This document shows positions 27,421 through 35,524 of a stretch of 64,000 bases of DNA, piece after piece. Under the pieces are notes generated by a model. It made no database searches and had not been told where the DNA came from. It saw only the letters and a list, made by a program, of their open reading frames with translations. The translations under genes and the position numbers were made by a program. Source of the stretch: a virus. Lineage: Duplodnaviria; Caudoviricetes. The DNA lies in IMG/VR virus record IMGVR_UViG_3300014202_000529, positions 32,001 through 96,000 of that record. The stretch is one strand, 5' to 3'. Every line of letters starts with the position of its first letter. Within the stretch, counting starts at the first letter, position 1.

Positions 27421-27497
27421 TGGTGCCTCTGGTAGGACTCGAACCTACACTAAACAGGCTCTCGACCTGCCGACTCTGCCAATTGGTCTACAGAGGC
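27421..27497 (-). tRNA. tRNA-Leu(GAG), short variable arm, C33
   Basis: GCAGG-TCGAGAG-CCTGT arm, CCA. Confidence 0.83.
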
Positions 27498-27501
27498 GAA
27501 A

Positions 27502-27579
27502 TGGTCTGGGCGGCAGGATTTGAACCTGCGATTTCTCGCCTCCAAAGCGAGAGGAGTGGCCGGACTCTCCTACACCCAG
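27502..27579 (-). tRNA. tRNA-Pro(TGG)
   Basis: Cloverleaf, CCA. Confidence 0.9.
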
Positions 27580-27587
27580 ATATATTT

Positions 27588-27662
27588 TGGCGCTCCTTGT
27601 GGGTATCGATCCCACTTCATATGCTTGAAAGGCATATATCCTAGCCAGTAGACGAAAGGAGC
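27588..27662 (-). tRNA. tRNA-Glu(TTC)
   Basis: Cloverleaf, CCA. Confidence 0.87.
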
Positions 27663-27670
27663 AAAAATTT

Positions 27671-27744
27671 TGGTGGACCTTGACGGTAACCCTCCGTCCC
27701 CGCCCGGGTGCAAACCGGGAATGCTCGTTCAACACCTAAGGCCC
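27671..27744 (-). tRNA. tRNA-Ala(TGC)
   Basis: G3:U70, CCA; atypical T-loop. Confidence 0.82.
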
Positions 27745-27751
27745 AATACCC

Positions 27752-28005
27752 ACCATTTAACCTCCACGAAGCAGGAGGCACCATCTTTCTGGGGTCCATA
27801 AGGAGAGTCCCAGAAATTAAGCTGGTGGACTTACTTACCGTCTAAGGGTATCTAGTGAACCAATCTAGCCCTTTATCGGCTACGGAGCGATCCACAACCC
27901 CTAGACTACCTCTATCTATGTAACCCCCGCACCACGTCTTTGAAGCCGATCCAATCCAATTTAACGGCGCGAGCGACTTCCTCTAACAATGATACTGAGG
28001 GGTCC
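27752..28005 (-). ncRNA. Putative ~250-nt structured RNA between tRNA-His and tRNA-Ala
   Basis: CUCGCGCCG/UGGUGCGGG, GUCUAGGGG/CCCUUAGAC with GUGGA/UCCAC pseudoknot, UUCUGGG/CCCAGAA, GCCUCC/GGAGGU. Confidence 0.55.
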
Positions 28006-28079
28006 TGGGGTGATCGGTGGGTAATGCTCCCACTTTTCCTGGGCCACAACCAGGCGCATTTCTTTTATGCTACGACCAC
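28006..28079 (-). tRNA. tRNA-His(GTG)
   Basis: Cloverleaf, C73, CCA; no encoded G-1. Confidence 0.85.
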
Positions 28080-28084
28080 AACTG

Positions 28085-28275
28085 ATCCACTATTTTTCAA
28101 GTGGAAATTGTTACCCCTTTACCCCACCGTGCGTAATGAGAACCACCGCAACAAAGGCAGTGGAAGAGATAACTCCATCGATCCGGGTCTCATGGAGCCG
28201 GAAATTGCGGGCATTTGATGGGTAGCGCCCTACTACCTTAGTGCAGTCTTCCTCTTGCGGAGTAGTTTCTGCCAC
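28085..28275 (-). ncRNA. Putative ~190-nt structured RNA between tRNA-Thr and tRNA-His
   Basis: CCGCAA/UUGCGG, CCGG/CCGG crossed with CUCCAU/AUGGAG (H-type pseudoknot); no ORF on the coding strand. Confidence 0.5.
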
Positions 28276-28276
28276 A

Positions 28277-28352
28277 TGGAGCCGCCAACTGGACTTGCAC
28301 CAGCCTATTCCTGCTTACAAGACAGGCGATCAACTATCTGACCCATAGCGGC
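28277..28352 (-). tRNA. tRNA-Thr(TGT)
   Basis: Cloverleaf, CCA. Confidence 0.87.
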
Positions 28353-28403
28353 ATATCTCTTTTAACACATAAACCAACAGTATCGTCATTGACGCATAGA
28401 CCA

Positions 28404-28507
28404 GTGTATTGGGTGCAGGATTTCTGGGATGGTGTGCCCAAAGCCTACCTGCGCTTCTCACGGTGCACCTACTGAGTGTGCTTGGTGTTTACACTAACCC
28501 AATACCC
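28404..28507 (-). ncRNA. Putative ~105-nt multi-stem RNA directly after the HNH stop
   Basis: GUAUUGGGU/ACCCAAUAC closing stem enclosing GCAC/GUGC and GCAGG/CCUGC arms. Confidence 0.5.
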
Positions 28508-28513
28508 CGTTTC

Positions 28514-29047
28514 CTATTTCAATTCGACATTCCAGTACAAGTAATCTGCCCATGTTTCTGGCATCTTGCGCAATCCCAACGTCACTGTTACCACTTGGGA
28601 CCATACTGGTTGCTTAGGTTTCTTGAGCAACTTCATTCCTGCTTGCTCTGGTGTCCTACCCTCTTTCTTAGAGTTACATGGGACACATGCCGTTACAATG
28701 TTCTCCCAAGTCTTCGTTCCACCCTGAGCAACCGGTTTCACGTGGTCAAATGTCAACTCTTCTGATTCAAACTTTTGAGCACAGTACTGGCAATGAAAAC
28801 CGTCCCTAGTGAAAATGTTCAAACGAGTAAATTTCACTGGTGCTTTTCTGCGAAAACGAACCGGAACCAACATCCTCAACACCGAAGGAATCTTCATGCT
28901 AAACGAAATAGAATGGATTTCCTCTTCGTGCTCTTCAATAACTTCTACTTTACCAGTCCAGAGCAAAGTGATTGCTCGCTGCCAATTGACAACTTGTAGA
29001 GGTTCATATGAGCTGTTCAAGAGCAATGTCATATGCATGATAACCAC
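28514..29047 (-). CDS. HNH endonuclease (McrA-like)
   Basis: LLLNSSYEPL, RDGFHCQYC, TFDHVKP..QGG..TWENIVTAC..CN.KK; own promoter TTGACA-17-TAGAGT. Confidence 0.93.
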   Translation of the reverse strand: MVIMHMTLLLNSSYEPLQVVNWQRAITLLWTGKVEVIEEHEEEIHSISFSMKIPSVLRMLVPVRFRRKAPVKFTRLNIFTRDGFHCQYCAQKFESEELTFDHVKPVAQGGTKTWENIVTACVPCNSKKEGRTPEQAGMKLLKKPKQPVWSQVVTVTLGLRKMPETWADYLYWNVELK

Positions 29048-29099
29048 CCTCCAGTTTCCACTACTCTAACACACCACAATTCACTTGTCAACTAGTATT

Positions 29100-29173
29100 T
29101 GGCATGGGATGCAGGAGTCGAACCTGCGCCGGCTGTTTTGGAGACAGCAATGCTACCGTAACACTTATCCCAT
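29100..29173 (-). tRNA. tRNA-Trp(CCA)
   Basis: Cloverleaf, CCA. Confidence 0.9.
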
Positions 29174-29178
29174 ATATT

Positions 29179-29252
29179 TGGTACGCCTCCACAGAATTGC
29201 ACTGTGATCTCCCGCTAATCAGGCGAGGGTACTGCTGTTGTACGAGAGGCGT
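29179..29252 (-). tRNA. tRNA-Ile(GAT)
   Basis: Cloverleaf, CCA. Confidence 0.85.
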
Positions 29253-29261
29253 ATTAAATTT

Positions 29262-29336
29262 TGGTGGAGGCTGGCGGTTCTGCCCCGCCGACTTCTCGGT
29301 GCAAGCGAGATGGTTTCCTAATTAGCCTAAGCCCCC
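29262..29336 (-). tRNA. tRNA-Ala(TGC), first gene of the array
   Basis: G3:U70, CCA. Confidence 0.85.
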
Positions 29337-29374
29337 AAAAAACAAAAAGCCGAAGGGTGTCTCTCCCCTCGGCT
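29337..29374 (-). terminator. Intrinsic terminator immediately upstream of the first tRNA (attenuator)
   Basis: AGCCGAGGGG-AGAGACA-CCCUUCGGCU followed by UUUUGUUUUUU. Confidence 0.85.
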
Positions 29375-29421
29375 CCATCTTTCCGTTTCCCCAGTAGCAC
29401 TGGGGAGTTGTGCTACCGATC

Positions 29422-29529
29422 TTATTTTTTACCTGTTGCTTCATTAATACGGGCGAGTGGTTGCCATCCCATATAAAAGGGTGAATTATGAGTATTGATA
29501 TCTTTTAAACCACCTATAGAACTCTGCAT
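29422..29529 (-). CDS. Putative attenuator leader peptide MQSSIGGLKDINTHNSPFYMGWQPLARINEATGKK
   Basis: AAGGAAG SD, 35 codons, lies between the promoter and alternative hairpins/terminator. Confidence 0.65.
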   Translation of the reverse strand: MQSSIGGLKDINTHNSPFYMGWQPLARINEATGKK

Positions 29530-29540
29530 GACTTCCTTAC

Positions 29541-29569
29541 ATGATACTCGAAAATGATTATGATGTCAA
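29541..29569 (-). promoter_or_regulatory. Promoter of the tRNA array leader
   Basis: TTGACA-17-TATCAT. Confidence 0.75.
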
Positions 29570-29851
29570 CAACTATTTAGCAAACTTAAACTTATTTATA
29601 ATACTTTTACTTTTGTGGTACTAACCCATCGAATTGAAAGCCAAAAATCCTCACATACCTGTATATATATGAAGAATTGTACGATGTTTCCCCATACGCA
29701 AAACACCATTTCCTGAAACTATTGCACTGACCCACGCGCACATACCCATCATAATGTAATTTGGTCATTTGTCACCCCAATTGTCTTAGTGTGGGATACA
29801 TGATAACACAGAATAGATGAGTATGTCAACACCCATTCCAAATACTGATTA

Positions 29852-31108
29852 TTATGCTCGATACTGGACCACTACGCGATGCTGTTCCAAGGTTATTATA
29901 TCAGTTGGTTCAACCACCTTACTGCAGGAGAAATAAACTACCCAATCACTATCAGTGTTGATTGCATGGTTGGTATTGACGTTTGCAGAAGTGCTGCCCC
30001 CATAAAAATTTTGCACTGCGAGGGAACTTATTTGTTGTTGTGTATTTCCACGGTTATAGATGATTCCAGATTGATGGAAGGATATATGATTTGTTGCTGT
30101 GATACTATTGATAATCTGACTAGCAGGGCCCAATGCTCGAATACTTATTATCTTGTTGTTGACTGTTCCCCCCATCGTCCAGGTTGCAAAACACTGGACC
30201 CAACCATTTGGACCCATAGATCCACCCGGCACAGTAACCGTTGCCATCGTTTGGAAACCTGTGGTATTTGACGCCACCACCGGAATGGCACTACTAAACA
30301 CTGCAACAGGTTGGTTGTTTGATAATATTAGTGCCGCATTAGAATGGGCTCTTGCATATTGGTCTGTTGTGTTTGCCACTGCAACTGTGACTACATCTGT
30401 GCTTTGATTTGTGGTGATGCTGATACCATCCCCAGCTACCAATGTCAAAGTGTCTGCATTTGCGTCAGAAACAATATTATTTTGACCTGATACTGAAATA
30501 GTAGAAAAGCTATTGATAGAAGATGAAATGGTTATGGTGTTGTCCGACCCGGACACATCGATACCAGAACCAGGAGAAAGCACAACAACATCTGCATTGC
30601 TCTCTGCGAGCAAGCTTCCCTTATCCTGGATGCCAATAGACGAAAAAGCATTCTGTGCTCTAAGGTTTGCCAAATCAAAAGAAGAATTGGAATGGGCGCG
30701 GGCAAACCCATCCAGTGCTGTTGATGTAACAGTAATGGTGTTGTTCCCCGGATCTGTGGTGATGGAAGTTCCAGTTCCGGGCGTGATTACTAAAGTATCA
30801 GAATTGGATGCAGCAACAATGTTGTTTTGCCCAGACACTTCGATTGTCACAAATGCATCCTGCACTGTGGAATTTGCCTTCTCGAATGCGGCATTTGCTA
30901 CAGTTCTTGCTTCATCATCTGAGTTTCCGTTTGAAATGGTAGTGTTCGCCCCACCAGGTGTTGCTCCATCGCTTAAACGAATAGATCCAGCACCCGGATC
31001 ATAAAACAAATCACCAGGTTGACCAATGAAATTAGTGACTTGCGTTCCACCTAGTTTTTGTACAAGTACTTTATACGTAACGTTGTTCGCCATAATACCC
31101 CCAGACAC
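29852..31108 (-). CDS. Fibre/virion adhesin-like protein, paralogue 3
   Basis: N-terminal GDLFYDP..IRLSDG.TPGG module, repeated DTLTL.AG.GISITT units. Confidence 0.6.
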   Translation of the reverse strand: MSGGIMANNVTYKVLVQKLGGTQVTNFIGQPGDLFYDPGAGSIRLSDGATPGGANTTISNGNSDDEARTVANAAFEKANSTVQDAFVTIEVSGQNNIVAASNSDTLVITPGTGTSITTDPGNNTITVTSTALDGFARAHSNSSFDLANLRAQNAFSSIGIQDKGSLLAESNADVVVLSPGSGIDVSGSDNTITISSSINSFSTISVSGQNNIVSDANADTLTLVAGDGISITTNQSTDVVTVAVANTTDQYARAHSNAALILSNNQPVAVFSSAIPVVASNTTGFQTMATVTVPGGSMGPNGWVQCFATWTMGGTVNNKIISIRALGPASQIINSITATNHISFHQSGIIYNRGNTQQQISSLAVQNFYGGSTSANVNTNHAINTDSDWVVYFSCSKVVEPTDIITLEQHRVVVQYRA

Positions 31109-31121
31109 CTTTCACTATAAA

Positions 31122-32360
31122 TTATGCTCCGTATTGTGCTATTACCGAATACTGTTCTAATGTCACTCGTTCAGTTGCAACCGTTTTAGTCACTGCGAAA
31201 TGGATTTCCCAATCATTGTCAGTATTAATTGTATGGCTAAAACCACCTTCTGAAGAAACCGCACCATAGTAAAACTGAGAAACGGGACCACTAATTTGTG
31301 AATTGACATTGCCCCTATTATGTATATCACCAACCATATACAGCGAAATCTGGTTTGTTGCTGAGAGGTTTGTAAGTCTTGTTCCAGTGGAACTAAGTGT
31401 GCGAATGCTAAGGTCCTTAGCCGAGGCACTTGCATCCATTGTCCACAATGAAACACATTGTACCCATCCATTGGGACCCAATAGACCACCAGGTACCGTA
31501 ACAGTAACAAGCGATTGAGCCGTATTTACATTTGCAGCCAGGGTTGACACCGCAGAGTGTGCGACGATCATAGGACCGGTATTTAGTGCCGCAAATGCAC
31601 CATTCGCATGATCTCTTGCAAATTGGTCAATTGTATTTGCTGCCGAAATAGTCAGAGTAGCGTTCGCTGGATCTGTGGTGATGGATATTCCGTTTCCTGT
31701 TGCCAAGGTCAAGGTATCGGCATTTGCATCTGCAACCACATTATTTTGGCCAGAGACCGCAATGGTCGAAAAGCTATTGATCGAAGATCTGATAATGATG
31801 GTATTGTCAGACCCGGACATATCAATACCAGCACCAGGTGAAAGGATCACACTATCTGCATTCGTGGCTGCAGTTACGTTTCCCTTATCTTCCACTGCAA
31901 TGATGCTGAAAACATTTTGCCCCCTGGTATTTGCAAGATTGAATGCAGAATTGACATGAGTTCTTGCGTATGTGTCGTTTGCTGTTGTTGTGATTGTAAG
32001 AGTAGTATTTGTTGGATCTGTGGTGACTGATACCCCCACTCCAGCACGAATACGCAATATACTTGTGTTAGATGTCGAAACAATATTATTCTGCCCAGCA
32101 ACATTTATGCTGACAAATGCATTTTGTGCAACACTGTTCGATTTCTCAAATGCCAATGCGGCAACAGTGCGAGCAATAATATCAGTGACCTCTGCGCTGA
32201 CTGATGTGCTTCTTCCACCTGGTGTAGATCCATCGCTTAGACGCAGTTCTCCGCGTCCTGGATCATAAAATAATTCTCCAGGTAGCCCGATAAAGTCAGT
32301 GACTTGTCTACCACCGATCTTTTCAATATAAATTCTATAGGTAACATTATTTGCTGACAT
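31122..32360 (-). CDS. Fibre/virion adhesin-like protein, paralogue 2
   Basis: Same architecture as neighbours. Confidence 0.6.
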   Translation of the reverse strand: MSANNVTYRIYIEKIGGRQVTDFIGLPGELFYDPGRGELRLSDGSTPGGRSTSVSAEVTDIIARTVAALAFEKSNSVAQNAFVSINVAGQNNIVSTSNTSILRIRAGVGVSVTTDPTNTTLTITTTANDTYARTHVNSAFNLANTRGQNVFSIIAVEDKGNVTAATNADSVILSPGAGIDMSGSDNTIIIRSSINSFSTIAVSGQNNVVADANADTLTLATGNGISITTDPANATLTISAANTIDQFARDHANGAFAALNTGPMIVAHSAVSTLAANVNTAQSLVTVTVPGGLLGPNGWVQCVSLWTMDASASAKDLSIRTLSSTGTRLTNLSATNQISLYMVGDIHNRGNVNSQISGPVSQFYYGAVSSEGGFSHTINTDNDWEIHFAVTKTVATERVTLEQYSVIAQYGA

Positions 32361-32436
32361 AATACCCCCTAATCACACCCTTCCTTATATTTATGAACAC
32401 AATCCAAACGACATATGTAGAATGGAAGTATTAACA

Positions 32437-33675
32437 CTAGTCTCTATGATTAACAACTACTCGATATTGCTCCAAGGTAACACCATCAGTAGCTACTGAT
32501 TTCGTCACAACAAACAATATGGACAAATCGCTACTGGTGTCAATGGACGATGTTAATTGGTTAACAGAAGCGGTTGCACCATAATGCGCCGATATGCCAG
32601 CCGGGGCAGCAATCTGAGATGATACGTTTCCTCTATTATAAAATAGACCACCCTGGCGAAACCCAACCTGGGTGGAGAGTGTCAATGATGCAATTGCGAA
32701 TCCTGCCGCAGCGTTAAGTCTGATGCTAACGGGCTTATTATTAGAACCATTAGCGGACCAAATTGCTGTACAGTGCACCCACCCATTTGCACCAATCGAT
32801 CCACCAGGAATGATAACGGTGGCTAATGCTTGTGTTGAGGTTGTGACTTCTGCAACAATCGGAACGGCAGAATGTGCAATAACCACTTCATCTGTGTTTG
32901 CTGTTGTGAATGCTTCGTTCGCCCAATCACGCGAAGTTTGATCGATAGTATTTGCTGCAGTAAATGTGATGGTATCAGTGACAGAATTTGTTGTGATGCT
33001 CACCCCATTGCCAGCTACCAAGGTCAAGGTATCGGCATTTGCATCTGCAACCACATTATTTTGACCAGAGACCGCAATAGTCGAAAAGCTATTGATCGAT
33101 GAAGAAATAGAAATAGTATTTCCATCGATGCTCATATCTATACCAGCACCAGGCGAAAGAATCACACTATCTGCATTGGTGGCTGATATGAGACTACCCT
33201 TATCCTGAATTGCAATAGTGGAAAAAGCATTTCCTGCTCTGACGTTTGCCAGCGCATATGCACCATTCGCATGATCTCTTGCAAATTGGTCAACTGAATT
33301 TGCTGCAGATATGTGCAAACTACTGTTGCTGGTGTTTGTGGTAAGCTGAATCCCAGACCCAGCTACAATGACCAGGGTGTCATTGTTTGATGTTGCAACT
33401 ACGTTATTTTGACCAGCAACGTTCAATGTGACAAATGCGTTTTGTGCTGCACCATTTGCTTTGGTTCGAGCACCCGTTGCTCTTGCGCGGGCATAATCAT
33501 CAGAACCATCGATGCTAGTGGTGACATTGACGCCGCCCATAGTAACACCGTCACCAAGACGCAATTCTCCGCTTCCTGGATCATAGAATATCTCACCGGG
33601 GGCCGCAATGAATTCATCATACGGCATTCCACCAAGCTTCTCTAAAAATACCCTGTAAATTACATTATTAGCCAT
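32437..33675 (-). CDS. Fibre/virion adhesin-like protein, paralogue 1
   Basis: Same architecture; late promoter upstream. Confidence 0.6.
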   Translation of the reverse strand: MANNVIYRVFLEKLGGMPYDEFIAAPGEIFYDPGSGELRLGDGVTMGGVNVTTSIDGSDDYARARATGARTKANGAAQNAFVTLNVAGQNNVVATSNNDTLVIVAGSGIQLTTNTSNSSLHISAANSVDQFARDHANGAYALANVRAGNAFSTIAIQDKGSLISATNADSVILSPGAGIDMSIDGNTISISSSINSFSTIAVSGQNNVVADANADTLTLVAGNGVSITTNSVTDTITFTAANTIDQTSRDWANEAFTTANTDEVVIAHSAVPIVAEVTTSTQALATVIIPGGSIGANGWVHCTAIWSANGSNNKPVSIRLNAAAGFAIASLTLSTQVGFRQGGLFYNRGNVSSQIAAPAGISAHYGATASVNQLTSSIDTSSDLSILFVVTKSVATDGVTLEQYRVVVNHRD

Positions 33676-33705
33676 AACCCCCTCATGAGTAAAACTGTAC
33701 TGTAC

Positions 33706-33713
33706 TATTTATA
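33706..33713 (-). promoter_or_regulatory. T4-type late promoter TATAAATA
   Basis: Exact consensus ~30 nt upstream of a structural-like gene; genome has gp33. Confidence 0.7.
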
Positions 33714-34211
33714 CATTCAGGTATCGACCAAAGCACATTTTGTGGTGCTATATTGGCAGGTATCTCTACTTTTCTACTGACCAACCAAGACGCTCAAGAC
33801 CAAAATCTACCACTGCTCTATTCGCTTCCTCTTTCCCAAACTGGGAATTAATTGCACTTAAGGTGAGATTGATGATGTTATGTGAAAATGGTTTCTTTCC
33901 AACAAACCTCACTTCTTTCTTTATTGTAGCTCTCCAATCCTCCAAAGTTTTAGGAATCATAACCCCTCCGATACGAGGAACGGACATCCGTACCAACTCT
34001 CGTCTTCCCATACCGAATCTCAACCCCACTGTCCCTTACCGTCCCACTGCTCACTAGAAGAGTGAATTCCTCTTTAAGCTTCCGTCTCTTTGCGAGGTAG
34101 TTCTTGATCAGTGTAATCGGATTCAGTGATTGTAGGGTCATGCTCTCCTCCATATCCTGTACTTATATGAATGGGATTATGGGGGAATTTCACCCCCATA
34201 ACGGAGTATTT

Positions 34212-35390
34212 CTACTCCTGCTTCAATAATCCTGTTGTGCGCAAATCAACTGCGAGGTCCTTTGCTGCTTTCGCACTCAGGAGTTCCATCATAGACAGTG
34301 CTGCATTACCGTTGGAGCTACTAGAACCGCTCTGGATCATAGGAACAACCGCACCTTTGTAATTAGCAAATGCCGTAGACCATGCTTCTTGTGCTGCAAC
34401 CCATGCTTCCAACTTCTTCTCAAGTGCTCCGTCTGCTTGCATGACCAAACGTCGCTTTGCTGCATCACCCTCACCGATAAGGGTTTGTTGACGTTTATAC
34501 TGTTCAGCTTCTTGAGCTGCCAATTGTGCAACTTCAAGTTTCTGTCTCGCTTCCGTCACCGCTTGAATCTTCTGCACTTCCTTCTCGTATTGAGCTTTTG
34601 CAACGTCTGCTTTACCTGTTGCTTCTGCAGTCAACTTGCGCTGTTCAGCTTCGCGGGTTTGTGCCATCGCAGTTTGAACCTGCATGGTAATATCCTGCTG
34701 TCGCTTGAACTGTTCGGTTACCACAGTGTCATACTCAATGTCACTTGGAGCAAAGTTCACAATCCTGATTCCAAACTCAGACAATGCGGATTGTTCCTGT
34801 CGTTCTGGTTTCCCATCACTATTTAACACAATTTCTGCAACGACTACGGAGCGGAGTTCTTTTGACACTGGATCAACAACAGTAGTCACCCTCTGGGTGG
34901 TACGATAGACCCCATTTTCAATTTGATCTGTGATGTATCGAATCAACTCAGTCTTCTTGGATGCTACAGATTCTTCAGAAGACATGGTTGGACCTGTCAT
35001 GTAAATAACCTTATCAATGGTTGGTTTTACAAGACTGTGCTCGATTGCTTCTTGACTACCATACTTGGTATGAAGATCCGTTAATGTAGATTTTTCAAGC
35101 GGCAACTCCAATTGAAACTGCCCCTTCATGACACCAGTTCCCTTATCGTTGAACTGAATCTTACTGTCCAGTACTGTATTGGAAAGCTTTCGGTAGACTG
35201 TGACTTTACCAAACCCCTGCCACTGGATTCCAGGAGACACAAACCAATTCAACTCTCCGCTTGTTGGATGTTGGACTACCACGATTTCATCGGCATCGAC
35301 ATTTTCAAACAGCATGCCAGAAAGAGCCATGAAAATAAACAACAGCAATGTTACTCCAACTCCTGCTACCTTTGCGTTCGTCGGTGACAT
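34212..35390 (-). CDS. SPFH/band-7 (prohibitin/flotillin-like) membrane protein
   Basis: N-terminal TM helix, SPFH-like domain, AEA-rich coiled coil. Confidence 0.8.
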   Translation of the reverse strand: MSPTNAKVAGVGVTLLLFIFMALSGMLFENVDADEIVVVQHPTSGELNWFVSPGIQWQGFGKVTVYRKLSNTVLDSKIQFNDKGTGVMKGQFQLELPLEKSTLTDLHTKYGSQEAIEHSLVKPTIDKVIYMTGPTMSSEESVASKKTELIRYITDQIENGVYRTTQRVTTVVDPVSKELRSVVVAEIVLNSDGKPERQEQSALSEFGIRIVNFAPSDIEYDTVVTEQFKRQQDITMQVQTAMAQTREAEQRKLTAEATGKADVAKAQYEKEVQKIQAVTEARQKLEVAQLAAQEAEQYKRQQTLIGEGDAAKRRLVMQADGALEKKLEAWVAAQEAWSTAFANYKGAVVPMIQSGSSSSNGNAALSMMELLSAKAAKDLAVDLRTTGLLKQE

Positions 35391-35524
35391 CTTATTTCTT
35401 CCCTTTCTTTGAGAATGGATTTTTCCCCGCTAACAACGGGGCGATGATTTGCCAAGACACATAGGCAACTACAAACAATCCAACCGCATATTCCAATACC
35501 CGCAGGACAACCATAGTATCCTCC

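Noticed and set aside
28514-29047. IscB/Cas9-like RNA-guided nuclease
   Set aside because: Only 177 aa; no PLMP, RuvC or bridge helix
17006-29476. Plus-strand ORFs across the tRNA array (e.g. 17006-17401, 27399-27644, 27940-28218)
   Set aside because: They are antisense shadows of RNA genes with no SD or recognisable motifs
29852-33675. Diversity-generating retroelement
   Set aside because: No reverse transcriptase and no adenine-specific TR/VR pair seen
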